Below are positions 1-9,596 of a stretch of DNA of 59,585 nucleotides, in pieces (position 1 is the stretch's first letter; the number at the start of each line of letters is the position of its first letter). Under the pieces are notes generated by a model. It worked only from the letters and a program-made list of their open reading frames with translations. It had not been told where the DNA came from and made no database searches. This DNA comes from a virus (taxonomy: Duplodnaviria > Caudoviricetes), in IMG/VR virus record IMGVR_UViG_3300011409_000288, positions 1 to 59,585 of that record. One strand, written 5' to 3'. The position numbers were made by a program, and so were the translations under genes.

Positions 1-534
1 ATCGACATAGGCGGCGCGACATTTCCGGCCAGTGGCGTTAGATCGGGCCGCATCCGCAGGGATACGCAGGTGAACGAGTACGCCGCTGCGGCAGAGTTTC
101 CAGCCGTCGAACGTGCCGCTTTCTGGCACAATGGAGGTACGGGCCTGGGCAAGTGCGGCATTTTTGGCACCGTGCAGGTTGGCACCGTGCAGGTTGGCAC
201 CGTGCAGGTCGGCACCGTGCAGGTCGGCACTGCGCAGGTCGGCACTGCGCAGGTCGGCACCGCGCAGGTCGGCACCGTGCAGGTCGGCACCGCGCAGGTC
301 GGCACCGCGCAGGTTGGCACTGCGCAGGTCGGCACCGCGCAGGTTGGCACTGCGCAGGTCGGCACCGCGCAGGTCGGCACCGTGCAGGTCGGCACCGCGC
401 AGGTTGGCACCGTGCAGGTCGGCACTGCGCAGGTCGGCACCGCTTTTCAGTGCCGTTTCGATAGCGAGCCGTACTGATCCTGCTTTGATCTTGAACAAAA
501 TAGATTTCGTCCATCGATGCGTAATTTCAGTCAT
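1..534 (-). CDS. Pentapeptide-repeat protein with C-terminal DUF5758-like domain (3' end runs off the window; frame absent from ORF track)
   Basis: ATG at 534 with GAGGAG RBS; my translation MTEITHRWTKSILFKI...[A(D/N)L(R/H)(G/S)]x~18...GWKLCRSGVLVHLRIPADAARSNATGRKCRAAYVD is open to base 1. Confidence 0.85.
   Translation of the reverse strand, partial: MTEITHRWTKSILFKIKAGSVRLAIETALKSGADLRSADLHGANLRGADLHGADLRGADLRSANLRGADLRSANLRGADLRGADLHGADLRGADLRSADLRSADLHGADLHGANLHGANLHGAKNAALAQARTSIVPESGTFDGWKLCRSGVLVHLRIPADAARSNATGRKCRAAYVD
166..435. repeat. 15-nt tandem repeat (~18 units) encoding the pentapeptide repeats
   Basis: GGCAC(C/T)G(C/T)GCAGGT(C/T) repeated contiguously. Confidence 0.95.
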
Positions 535-638
535 ATGCGATCTCCTCTTCGTAGTTGCCACCCACGACTACTGCCTCGCCCGTCAACCACAGGCCATCCT
601 CTTCCGCATTCTTCAGCGTGCACAGCGGGCAAATGCGG

Positions 639-1013
639 TTAAACGTGGTATCGACGCTGGCGAAGAGCGCATCGCAGCGCCGACACGCGAGCTTCCCGGA
701 GCGTGCCGGCTTGACGTACCCCTGCCGTGGCGGGTACGGTGCCCCATGTGGGACAGGCCGTCGCCGGCGCATTGGCAGGCCAGTCTGCTGGCTGGCGCGT
801 GCCGGTCGAGAGGACGTTGCGCACCTGGTCGGCGATGAGCTTTTCATCATCGCTGCTGAGCTGTTCGACCTTCATCAGCACAGCCTGGCCGATTTCGTGA
901 GGGCTGGTAAAGACAATCTGAAGGAAGCCGCGCCAGGACTCGACATACGCCGTGATGTTGATGGTTGTCCCTGTGTATGGACCAGGAATGGTGCAATCAT
1001 ACAGACTTGCCAT
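639..1013 (-). CDS. Hypothetical protein
   Basis: Start abuts the ParB stop; 3' part overlaps an alternative CxxC-CxxC ORF ending at 527, so boundaries are uncertain. Confidence 0.45.
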   Translation of the reverse strand: MASLYDCTIPGPYTGTTINITAYVESWRGFLQIVFTSPHEIGQAVLMKVEQLSSDDEKLIADQVRNVLSTGTRQPADWPANAPATACPTWGTVPATAGVRQAGTLREARVSALRCALRQRRYHV

Positions 1014-1840
1014 CAGGGCAGCTCCCCTGTCTCTAAGAAGTGAACCACGACCGCTTTGGGAATGATTTCAAAGATAATCCCAAGCGCTAGGTCGCGGGGG
1101 ATGGTGGTCAGGATGTTTTTTAAGGTAGCTTCGTGTACCTCGTAGGGCGCTGGCGTCAGCGTTTCCACAGGCGAGAACCCTTTGGTAATCGCACGCCTGG
1201 CGGCTTTGATGGTGTCATTCTTTTGCCGTACTACCTGCAGGGCTTCTTCCTGGGGTACCTCAGCACGGTCGGCATGGCGCACCGCTTGAATCACCTCCGT
1301 CATCTTTGCTTGCCCGTTCTGGAGCATATCCTGGATGGCAGGCGTGGCCGTGAGGAGTTTCAGCAGATCACGGATGTGGTTCGCGCTGTGCCCCAGATGG
1401 TCAGCAACCTCCTCCACCGTCCATTGAAAATCCACAATAAACCGTTCGACACCACGCGCCAGGTCAAGGGGGACCAGCGGGTCCGACTGGTTTTTGACCA
1501 TGGCGGTTAAGAGCAGGTCTACGGGCTTGCTGCGGGTCTGTGGTTGAACCGTCGCTTTGATATGGAGGAATTGGTCGCCGTAGCCTTCGCCAATCAGTTC
1601 TAACACACAGCGGTGCCGGCGTTCTCCATCCACCAGGTAAATCGCATCCTCGTCTTTGACAATCGTAATCGGCTCGCGCACGCCATTTTTTAGGATAGAC
1701 GCTTTGAGCGAAGCGAGCTTGTCAGGATCAAACACCGTCCTGGGGTTATGCCCAGGGCGAATCTTGACAATGCGCGGGTCCACCTTAAACATGTCTTCTC
1801 CGCGCTCCACACCATCAATCTTCAGAATCGTACTGGCCAT
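1013..1840 (-). CDS. ParB/Srx-family protein
   Basis: HNPRTVFD, LKASILKNGVREPI, LVDGERRHRC, followed by HTH (TVEEVADHLGHS). Confidence 0.88.
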   Translation of the reverse strand: MASTILKIDGVERGEDMFKVDPRIVKIRPGHNPRTVFDPDKLASLKASILKNGVREPITIVKDEDAIYLVDGERRHRCVLELIGEGYGDQFLHIKATVQPQTRSKPVDLLLTAMVKNQSDPLVPLDLARGVERFIVDFQWTVEEVADHLGHSANHIRDLLKLLTATPAIQDMLQNGQAKMTEVIQAVRHADRAEVPQEEALQVVRQKNDTIKAARRAITKGFSPVETLTPAPYEVHEATLKNILTTIPRDLALGIIFEIIPKAVVVHFLETGELP

Positions 1841-1982
1841 GAGTCATACTCCTTCGTAGATGTAATGAGGGCATCGTTGCCCCCTCGCCTGTGGACGTCT
1901 GTGAGCCCTGGTGGGCTCTGGGTTGTGGTCGCTAGGGGTTGAGGTTTTGGAGTGGAGGGGGCTTACCGCCCCCTTCCTGGCC

Positions 1983-2618
1983 TTATCCTTTCTTGAACAG
2001 ATGTGAAAAATCGGTCACACCGAGTCCTCTCAGTAAGCCATCCTTCGCTGCTTCTGGGACATAGCCGACATACTGACCATCTTCGGCCCAGGCACACCGA
2101 GCATGAACGACCAGCCTGGCATCGTTTGGGAGCACCACCCGAAAACCTCCTTCGTATTGGAAGGCGTATCCGCTTCCTTCAGGGAGGGCATGGAGGAAGC
2201 CGTACACATCGACGCTCTCTGGATTGTGCGGGTCCGCCTGATAGGTGGCGGTACTCATCTTCTCTAAGAGAATGAGAGCGCGGAGGTACAGCGCCTTGGC
2301 CCATTTATGTGAACAACGGTAGTGTTCATCGCCGCGTTCTTTGGCCCATCCCGTCGCTTCACACTGACACGAACCATTGACCGTGTAGGTTTTGCCGGTT
2401 TCGGGTCGACTGGAGCAGACCTCGGCATGGGTGGTAGCATGGATGGTGACGTGCCCCTGCGTAATCAGATCACGTCCGCTTTTAATCCGTTCGGTATCGC
2501 TCGGGTACTTGTCCATTGCCCGCAGTACGGCGTTCTCTAGTGCAACTGTCCAGGCAAGCTGTGGGGTCAGACAGTCAACGGTCTGCATGGTGCTGATGGC
2601 GGCTTTCTTGGCTTTCAT
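1983..2618 (-). CDS. SWIM zinc-finger-like hypothetical protein
   Basis: YTVNGSCQC...CSHKWA (CxC-xn-CxH); promoter and RBS upstream. Confidence 0.65.
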   Translation of the reverse strand: MKAKKAAISTMQTVDCLTPQLAWTVALENAVLRAMDKYPSDTERIKSGRDLITQGHVTIHATTHAEVCSSRPETGKTYTVNGSCQCEATGWAKERGDEHYRCSHKWAKALYLRALILLEKMSTATYQADPHNPESVDVYGFLHALPEGSGYAFQYEGGFRVVLPNDARLVVHARCAWAEDGQYVGYVPEAAKDGLLRGLGVTDFSHLFKKG

Positions 2619-2662
2619 CGGGAGGCTCCTTTCAGTGTGACGTTGCCGACTTGGTACCTAAG

Positions 2663-2691
2663 AGAATAACAGGTATTGAGAACAATGTCAA
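2663..2691 (-). promoter_or_regulatory. sigma70-type promoter
   Basis: TTGACA-17 nt-TATTCT on the minus strand. Confidence 0.7.
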
Positions 2692-2701
2692 CACTTATTT
2701 T

Positions 2702-4132
2702 TCAAGGTAACGCTGGAATCCCGTCAATGAGGGCGTCAATCCGTTCCTGTTTGGCGACCAGGGTGGCCGAGATGTGCGCCTCCAGGGAACCCTCGAAGAC
2801 CAGATGGTGAATCCGTACCGGCCTGGTCTGTCCAATGCGACACGCCCGGTTTTCACATTGGCGCATGACGCTTGGCGACCAGTCAATTTCCGCAAAGACT
2901 TCCAGGTCCGCAGCAGTCAGCGTCAGCCCCTCGCTGGCGACTCTGAGCGAGCCCAGGAGCATCCTGCAGGTAGGGTCGCGTTGAAAGGTGTCGGCTGCGC
3001 TGTGTCGCTCCTTGAGGCTGACAGAGCCATCTATTGTGACGAGATTGATATGGGCAAATGCCTCCTGGAGCCGTGTGATCACGGCGCGGTGCCAGACAAA
3101 CACAATAATCTTTTCGGTGTCCTCTAGACAGTTGGTGAGATGTGTAATCACTTGTGGCAGCTTGGCGAGCGCGGTCGCCTGGCGCAGCCGCGCTAGGTCT
3201 GCCCTCGCAGCCGTGCGGCCGGCGCGAAGCTGCTCGACCGCTTTTCGGTATGTCTGGGTATCGGCGGCTTGCTTGGCGAGCTTGACCTGTTTCCGTAAGG
3301 TTTCCGTGGTGGTCTTGTAGCGCGCATGCTCCTCTAATTCCTTGGTGATAACAGTGGTGTGGCCATCGGCAGGGAGTTCGATCACCTGCCGAATTTTTTC
3401 TGGCAGCTCAGGCAAGACTTCCTCCATGGTGCGCCTGAGCATGAGGGTACTGCTGATCGTGGTATGCATGGCATGGACCGCTGAGGGGTTCCTGCATGCA
3501 TCCATGTAACGATGGATGGATTGCCAGGTCAGCGGGTCCAGGTAATTCAAACATGCAAAGAGGTCGGGCAGATGGTTACACAACGGTGTGCCCGACATGA
3601 GGAGTTTCCGTGTAGCGGTAATGCTTCTGGTGGTAATGGAGCGGATGGTGTCCATATTGCGGAGAGCATGACACTCATCAATAATCACTTGATCCACCAC
3701 ATTGCCACCCAGAAATGCGGCGGTGCGTATCGGTTTCCCGAGGGTGGGAAGGTTTGTCAGGGTACAAAACCTGGCAACCTGTTCATAGTGAAGGATCACC
3801 AGAAGGCGTTGGCCCGTCCTTGCGCTCCGTAGCCTAGCCTGCAATGTGGCTGGCGTCTCAGTCTTCCCTATGAGATGAATGGCGTATTCCAGGTGTGGCA
3901 GAAGCCAGTCTACCGCCATCGTGGCCCACATCCGCTTGAGAGTGACAGGGCAGACCAGGAGAACGCTCCTGATCTGGGGCATGGCGTTGAGCATGCCAAG
4001 GGCCTGAATACTTTTTCCAAGGCCGGGTTGATCCGCCAGGAGGGTTGCCTGCTGATCTATCAGAAAGCGGATACCTGTTTCCTGAAAGGGTTTATACTGT
4101 TTACCTGCTGGCGCAACCAGTGGTGGTATCAT
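2702..4132 (-). CDS. SNF2-family (SMARCAL1/HARP-like) helicase/ATPase
   Basis: LLADQPGLGKS, IIDECH, MSGTP, SEGLTLTAA, QCENRACRIGQ; start placed at MIPPLV. Confidence 0.92.
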   Translation of the reverse strand: MIPPLVAPAGKQYKPFQETGIRFLIDQQATLLADQPGLGKSIQALGMLNAMPQIRSVLLVCPVTLKRMWATMAVDWLLPHLEYAIHLIGKTETPATLQARLRSARTGQRLLVILHYEQVARFCTLTNLPTLGKPIRTAAFLGGNVVDQVIIDECHALRNMDTIRSITTRSITATRKLLMSGTPLCNHLPDLFACLNYLDPLTWQSIHRYMDACRNPSAVHAMHTTISSTLMLRRTMEEVLPELPEKIRQVIELPADGHTTVITKELEEHARYKTTTETLRKQVKLAKQAADTQTYRKAVEQLRAGRTAARADLARLRQATALAKLPQVITHLTNCLEDTEKIIVFVWHRAVITRLQEAFAHINLVTIDGSVSLKERHSAADTFQRDPTCRMLLGSLRVASEGLTLTAADLEVFAEIDWSPSVMRQCENRACRIGQTRPVRIHHLVFEGSLEAHISATLVAKQERIDALIDGIPALP

Positions 4133-4357
4133 CGGCGTGTGCCTTTGTGAAGATGCACGTCCCATATAAATATGTACAACAGACCGATTTGCAACCGGAG
4201 GTGGGCGATCTGTGCAGAGGTAGCATCCCCGTAGAGAAACGCAACTGCATATTTGCTCAGTCCTGCGAAAAACGAGCCTCCTGCGGGAAGGAGAAAAATC
4301 CAATGGTACATAGTAGGCCTTTCGTCTGCCGCGCCTGAGCGCGTGCTATAGTGAAGA

Positions 4358-4909
4358 TCCTCACGAAAAGCTCATGAGGACGGTGTGACGCCGTGGGAGA
4401 CGCATGGAGGGGTGGTGCCTTCTAGAAACAATGCGTCTCCAGCCGGCTAGAACCTCGGTGCCGTAGACCGCAGGCGTAAACGCTTGGGATATAAGGCACT
4501 CTCCTTCGCCTTCAGGCACATCCCACAAGCTTTGTTCAACGTTTTAAGTGACTTGTTCACAGTTTGTGCCCTGTTGTGGGATACTTTCCCATGGTACAAT
4601 TTCTACAATTCGATATGGCGTCAACGGAAAGCAGTGTCACAACTCATCCGTTGCCATATGCGGCTCTTTGAAACTCAACATAGGGCGTTAGAGCAGGCAG
4701 TCTGCTCTGTAAAATGTTGAACGCTGTAAGAGAGAACGATGGTGCACGCGATGCATCTCCTTCGGGCGATGCACCCATGGTCGGGGCATCGAACCATTGT
4801 GGAGAGGTGGAGGTAAGACCGTACACACGGCAGCCACCGTTTGATCCCAGAATCACAAGGTCTCTGACCTTGTGAGTATGTCAATAGCAATGCGTCTCTA
4901 ACCGGCTAG
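4358..4909 (+). ncRNA. Candidate large structured non-coding RNA
   Basis: No convincing ORF; extended -10 TGCTATAGT at 4344-4352; many consecutive 6-10 bp stems. Confidence 0.4.
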
Positions 4910-5451
4910 GGGTCTGTGCGCACGCTGGCCTTGAGCGCAGCGGCCTCTTCCTCGCGCAAGCCCTCTTCCATCGCTCGGTAGAAGTGCTCCATCGGTTCCA
5001 GCATGCGGGCGGCAGACGCCGCTTCCTTTTTGATTTTCTTCATGTACTCGATCCCTTCCCGGTACAGTAAGCGTCCATTTCTCGCATTAAAGGGAAAACG
5101 ACCTGATTCCATATGTCGGTAATGATCCCTGGTGCAATCCAGGATGCGCGCCATGGCCTGCCAGCCTTGGATCTTCGTCTTTCCGGGAAAGAGATATTCC
5201 CGAAAGGCTCTAAGGTCTGCTGCCGTGGTGGGCATGGGCGGGTAGGGAGGGTAGTCTGTCCGCGCCTGGAGGCGTCGTTCGTAGAAATCGACTCGCACTT
5301 GCACCTCTGTCCAGGTGCCTCCGTCAATAGGCTTCGGCAGGATGCTGCTCCCAAGCGTGGTACGGGGACTCACGGTCCATTGCTGCCAGCCGTGGCGTAA
5401 GGTGAAGTTGGGTGTCTGGCACAGGCCAGATTCAATTCGTGTCAGTGCCAT
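4906..5451 (-). CDS. Putative HTH DNA-binding protein
   Basis: XRE-like QAMARILDCTRDHYRHMESGRFP segment. Confidence 0.5.
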   Translation of the reverse strand: MALTRIESGLCQTPNFTLRHGWQQWTVSPRTTLGSSILPKPIDGGTWTEVQVRVDFYERRLQARTDYPPYPPMPTTAADLRAFREYLFPGKTKIQGWQAMARILDCTRDHYRHMESGRFPFNARNGRLLYREGIEYMKKIKKEAASAARMLEPMEHFYRAMEEGLREEEAAALKASVRTDP

Positions 5452-5658
5452 TGTTTGCCCTTTCTGAAGTTTTCTCCATCTGCCATGCCTCATAGACAGC
5501 ATGGAGCTTTGCCGTGCCGGTGGTACTCAGGGCAACATGCCTTGTTATGGTGCGTGGATCAATGTCAGCGAGAAGACTGTTGCGGATGATTCTTCGTAGT
5601 CGAGCGTTGCTAGGTCCGCTGAAAGCCCTAATGGCTTTTTCGGTCTCTGTGAAGCTCG

Positions 5659-5853
5659 TCATGCGTGGGGCTCCTGTGTGTGTAAGGTTGTGGCTCGCGC
5701 CTTGTCCAAGCGCAATAGTGCCCATACGGTCGGTTGCCAAGGTTTGCCCATAATGAGCCGGCGCAGATAGGGCGCGGTATTTGTGACAATGTCCTGATCA
5801 TCGACCTGGACCCAACAGGTAAAGCGGGGGGTGGAAATCTGATACTCGTGCAT
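5659..5853 (-). CDS. Small hypothetical phage protein
   Basis: AAGGAG RBS; first gene downstream of the promoter at 5944-5972. Confidence 0.6.
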   Translation of the reverse strand: MHEYQISTPRFTCWVQVDDQDIVTNTAPYLRRLIMGKPWQPTVWALLRLDKARATTLHTQEPHA

Positions 5854-5943
5854 GCATGCTCCTTTTGTTGAAGCGATGCACGGACACCCCTTGCCGTGCT
5901 TCCGGTTCGGGACAAGCCCTCACACTCCAGCACAGCTTCATTT

Positions 5944-5972
5944 AGAATACGGGGTATCTTATCCCTTGTCAA
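5944..5972 (-). promoter_or_regulatory. sigma70 promoter with palindromic operator in spacer
   Basis: TTGACA-agGGATAAGATACCCcg-TATTCT, 17-nt spacer. Confidence 0.8.
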
Positions 5973-6123
5973 GTGGTAGATGCATAGAGTGCGACCGTGC
6001 GCCCTGAACCTATGGCGTCCCCAGGGTGTGGCGACTTGTGGCAGGCTATGGAGCGCGACCGTGCGCCCACCACTGAAGTGCTCCATCCTGGCAGCACCCC
6101 AGGCAGGCGGCATGTCCTAGCAG

Positions 6124-6682
6124 GGCTTTGCACCAAAAAGCCTACTTTTCCACAGACTTTAGTGCAAGACGTGCTTCTGCACCAAAATTCGGAGTAATCC
6201 CAAACTCGTAAAATCCCTGGATGATCACGCAAATATTATGGCATAGCACCTTGCATAACACCTCATACCCATATGCCATCTGACCACGTGGGGTCTTAAA
6301 GCGTATAGGGGCAGCGGTCACCTCTAGCAACTCTTTGTTTACAAAAGGCTCCAAGGTTTTTTGGCTGACAAAGTATGCTAAGCGGTCACCCCCTCCACGA
6401 GAACTGCCACCGCGTGACATTCCAAGTGCCGATACCATTCCTCTTTCTGGTGACTATCGTCAAACCGCTGGTATCCTTGATTTACAGAGGGAACTCCCCG
6501 AAGACCTTCTCAGGAAGCTCCGCGATGCCTCCGCTTAAACCCCCTCGGTTTTATTGGGATAGTCAGGGCTTTTTGGATAGGAAAGACGTGTAAGAAGTAT
6601 TAGTATTTCCTATGCATTTATGCGCTGGCTTTTGGTGCAGATTCCTCCTTTTTGGTGCAAAAGGCACTTGTGGTGCAAAGCC
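6124..6682. mobile_element. Non-autonomous IS derivative (MITE) carrying a P63C-like gene fragment
   Basis: Perfect 12-bp TIR GGCTTTGCACCA (6124-6135 / 6671-6682); 9-bp direct repeat TCCTAGCAG at 6115-6123 and 6683-6691. Confidence 0.85.
6250..6460 (-). pseudogene. Fragment resembling the N-terminal half of P63C-domain proteins
   Basis: MVSALGMSRGG...GGDRLAYF...LEPF...PIRFKTPRGQMAYGYE; truncated; similarity judged from memory of the family. Confidence 0.5.
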
Positions 6683-6684
6683 TC

Positions 6685-8148
6685 CTAGCAGCGTGTGTGT
6701 TGCGTGTCACTGCCAAGCCAGGCCTTTCCCTTGGCCGCAGTAATGTTGAACTGCTCACACAGTTTTATATCTCTCCATACTAAATGCACGGTTCCCTTCT
6801 TAAAGAACCGGATATCAAAGTACCAGCTCTGCGCGGTATTATCGAACGACCCATGTATGCCAGTGCCGAGCGCGTAAAACTTCGCCTGCATCGCTCTGCC
6901 AATGGTCAGACATTCGGTAAAATCTGTCCCGTCGAGGACACATAAGGCGCGGTCTAGGTCGTTATAAATGTCCATGTCCCGCGAGTAGAGCATGCTGAAG
7001 TCGTGGCTGTATTTATGGTCAAAGCGACAGCCCCACGGGAAAATGAGCTTCCGGTTGACCTTGAAATTGTCGTTGGTCTTCCAGCCTTCGGTGTGGCAGG
7101 TGTTGTCAGCATGGTACTTCGTGAGGGCATCGAAAATGTTGGCTACGGACTGCTCAAACAATTTATTCCGTTGGAGATAGATATTTTCCAGGGTTCCCTT
7201 GATGTTCTCCTTCGTAAAGGGGATAGTGCTTTCCCGCTCCACATCGCGCAAGAAGGTTTCGGTCTGGGCCTGATCCAGCCACTTGCGAAATTCCATCTTC
7301 TGAAAGACCTGGAGCCAACTATCCTTGCGATGCTGCCGGCTAAACTCAGCGCGGGCGTCGTGGACGTTCCGCAGCGCGAGCCCTACAATCTTTTCATACT
7401 CATCTTTGTAGGTACCTGTGATGCCGTTCGCCTGCATGTACAATGCAGCTCGGCGGAGGTGGGTAAATGCCTGAAGCATTTCCTGGGTGGCTTCGTTGTA
7501 GAAGTGCTCCATATTGCCGAGGGTATCGACAATCGCCAGCCATTGCGGATCTTTGCTTTCATCGGCTGGGGTACGTTCCTGGGTGCTGGTGTCCCACAGG
7601 CCCAGGGTGTCATCCTCCGATATCTTCTTGAGATAGACCAGCGTCACGTTGACACCCGTCTGTCGCTCGGCGGTGCGAAAACACGGACCCAGATCTTCTG
7701 TCGTGCCGTGATCCTTGATAAGGTAGTGGAGCCGCATGCGCGCTGAGGTGTAGGGATTCGTAATAGTCTCACTATTTACGAGACAGACGATTTCTCCATG
7801 GTGCAGGAAATCCCAGGCTTTGAGGAGGTGGTCGACCCCGTTACTAAAAGGTGGGTTCATCACAACAGCGTCATAGTACGAGACGCCGGTATAGGTCAGC
7901 CAGTCTGCGCCGACGACCGGAAATCCCTTGTCTCGTAGAATCGCTGCAAGCTCAGGATCAAGCTCAATACAATCGACTTGCTTCCTGCTATAGCGTTCAT
8001 TCCCTCGAATCTGCTCCGCTATCGCGCCCTTCCCTGCGCCAATGTCGAGAAAATACTTGGCGTCCTTGGAAACGTAGCCAAGCATCTTGGTAATAATCGC
8101 CGGAGGTGTTGGGAAAAACTCTTTGTCAAATGTCTGTGGTGCTGCCAT
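6685..8148 (-). CDS. DUF4942-domain SAM-dependent (adenine-type) methyltransferase
   Basis: FFPTP, LDIGAGKG, VMNPPF, EGWKTNDNFKVNRK, FFKKGTVHL. Confidence 0.88.
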   Translation of the reverse strand: MAAPQTFDKEFFPTPPAIITKMLGYVSKDAKYFLDIGAGKGAIAEQIRGNERYSRKQVDCIELDPELAAILRDKGFPVVGADWLTYTGVSYYDAVVMNPPFSNGVDHLLKAWDFLHHGEIVCLVNSETITNPYTSARMRLHYLIKDHGTTEDLGPCFRTAERQTGVNVTLVYLKKISEDDTLGLWDTSTQERTPADESKDPQWLAIVDTLGNMEHFYNEATQEMLQAFTHLRRAALYMQANGITGTYKDEYEKIVGLALRNVHDARAEFSRQHRKDSWLQVFQKMEFRKWLDQAQTETFLRDVERESTIPFTKENIKGTLENIYLQRNKLFEQSVANIFDALTKYHADNTCHTEGWKTNDNFKVNRKLIFPWGCRFDHKYSHDFSMLYSRDMDIYNDLDRALCVLDGTDFTECLTIGRAMQAKFYALGTGIHGSFDNTAQSWYFDIRFFKKGTVHLVWRDIKLCEQFNITAAKGKAWLGSDTQHTRC

Positions 8149-8217
8149 GGTTGTATCTCCTTGGTTATAAAAAGTATGGCGACCCTGGGGTGTGGCCCCC
8201 AGAGCCGCCACATGGCG

Positions 8218-8643
8218 TTAATTCGAGGGAAGCGTACAGGTATAGACCGCAAACCGCATGGTGGTATAGACGCCGTTATGGGCCGTGTGCCAGTCATGGT
8301 GAAAGAACCAGACAGCGCCCTCTCGCGTCTCGCCTGTCAGTGTCAGTGTCTCTATTGGAATACCAGGTCGTATGACATTGTTCCAGCCGTGATAGAGCCC
8401 GCCAGAATACGAGAGGGAGCCGTTGGCCAGGTAAAAACTACCGCCGTCGCTGGTCTGAACGGTGATATCTCCAAAGGTCCACACATGGCTGATTCGGCGC
8501 GTGACACCATCGGCAAAATCGATGTAATCTCCAACGGCCGGCCCGTGGTGCTGGACCCAAAACCGGCTTGCCCGTTCACTCAGGATCGTCATATCGACAT
8601 CATCAAGGTTGAAGCGGTCTGTGCATACAAATGTCTGTTGCAT
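8218..8643 (-). CDS. Hypothetical phage protein
   Basis: GPAVGDYIDFADG...QTSDGGSFYL...VWFFHHD; RBS; in operon. Confidence 0.7.
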   Translation of the reverse strand: MQQTFVCTDRFNLDDVDMTILSERASRFWVQHHGPAVGDYIDFADGVTRRISHVWTFGDITVQTSDGGSFYLANGSLSYSGGLYHGWNNVIRPGIPIETLTLTGETREGAVWFFHHDWHTAHNGVYTTMRFAVYTCTLPSN

Positions 8644-8666
8644 GGTGAGTCCTTTCTTTTGGTGTG

Positions 8667-8949
8667 TTACTCGCCTTCATAATGGGCAATTTCTTCCCGG
8701 ATAGCCTTTTCAAAATAATCGCCGCGCCAGGAATTTCCCTTCGCAAATGCAATGTTGCCTGCGGCTGTCTGGTCAACGTCTAAGACTGCAATAGCGCCTG
8801 CCTCGGGGAACACAGTTGCCACCATGCGCCGGTGGATGGATGGAGTAGCGTTCGTATCATGCCAGACAAAGGTGATAACGTGGAACCCGATACCAGAGAC
8901 CCCGTTGCGATGGTACGCAACTCTGACGTTCTGTAGCATCATCGACATT
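8667..8949 (-). CDS. Hypothetical phage protein
   Basis: YHRNGVSGIGFHV...GNSWRGDYFE; start approximate. Confidence 0.65.
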
Positions 8950-9004
8950 ATCCTTTCCGTTGTGGCGCTCAGTTGTGCCAAACGCCACCAGTGGAGCGTG
9001 ATCG

Positions 9005-9244
9005 CTAGAAATTCCGCAGGTTGCGCGCCAGGTCGCACAGGTCGCGCCTGGTAGGTGCATAGCTTTCGGACAGGTCGCGCAACGCCTCCGCGTAGAGGAC
9101 CTTGGGAAGGGCGTAATTGTTGTCAAAGTCGCTCAGGTTCGCTGCCCCGGCATTAAGCAGGTGTGTGACCCGTTGCACAATCGCTGCATGCGCCTTGACT
9201 TCCAGACAGGCGATTTTCTCTAAGACTTGCTCGCGTGTAACCAT
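9005..9244 (-). CDS. Small hypothetical protein
   Basis: GGAG RBS; operon context. Confidence 0.6.
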   Translation of the reverse strand: MVTREQVLEKIACLEVKAHAAIVQRVTHLLNAGAANLSDFDNNYALPKVLYAEALRDLSESYAPTRRDLCDLARNLRNF

Positions 9245-9294
9245 GGGCGTGACTCCGTTCTGTAGGTGGGGTTAGGCTCCGCGCTCTGTCAGTG

Positions 9295-9519
9295 TTAGAG
9301 GTATAGCATTAATTCAATGGCGTACCGTAGATCTTGAAAGGTCCGCGCCCGACTTGCGGTGATCCGCGCTCGTATATCGCGCTTGTCAAAATGCGGCTTG
9401 ATATGCTTATAGATTGCATGGACAGCATCAACCTCGAAATCAGTAGGCAGATCTGCCCAGGAGCGTTCTGTCGCTTTGTCCTGGATGTGTGCTAGCATCC
9501 ACTCGCGAATCGTCTGCAT
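9295..9519 (-). CDS. Small hypothetical protein
   Basis: AAGGA RBS; follows promoter 9568-9596. Confidence 0.6.
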   Translation of the reverse strand: MQTIREWMLAHIQDKATERSWADLPTDFEVDAVHAIYKHIKPHFDKRDIRARITASRARTFQDLRYAIELMLYL

Positions 9520-9567
9520 GGCGTATCCTTTCAGTCTCAGGAAATTGCTGTTGCCGAACTGCCAGAG

Positions 9568-9596
9568 ATATTACAGGGTATATTATCCTTTGTCAA
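9568..9596 (-). promoter_or_regulatory. sigma70 promoter with palindromic operator in spacer
   Basis: TTGACA-aaGGATAATATACCCtg-TAATAT, 17-nt spacer. Confidence 0.8.

Noticed and set aside
38-514. ORF-track repeat proteins (RPARC, VGTAQ, AGRHR) and a CRISPR-like look
   Set aside because: These are shadow frames of the A(D/N)LxG pentapeptide gene; there are no spacers, so not CRISPR
4775-4800. GGTTCGATGCCCCGACCA resembling a tRNA 3' end
   Set aside because: No T-stem or acceptor-stem geometry; it is a simple hairpin
6027-6045. TGGC motifs as a sigma54 promoter
   Set aside because: GG-to-GC spacing is 9 rather than 10 nt and the orientation is opposite to the genes
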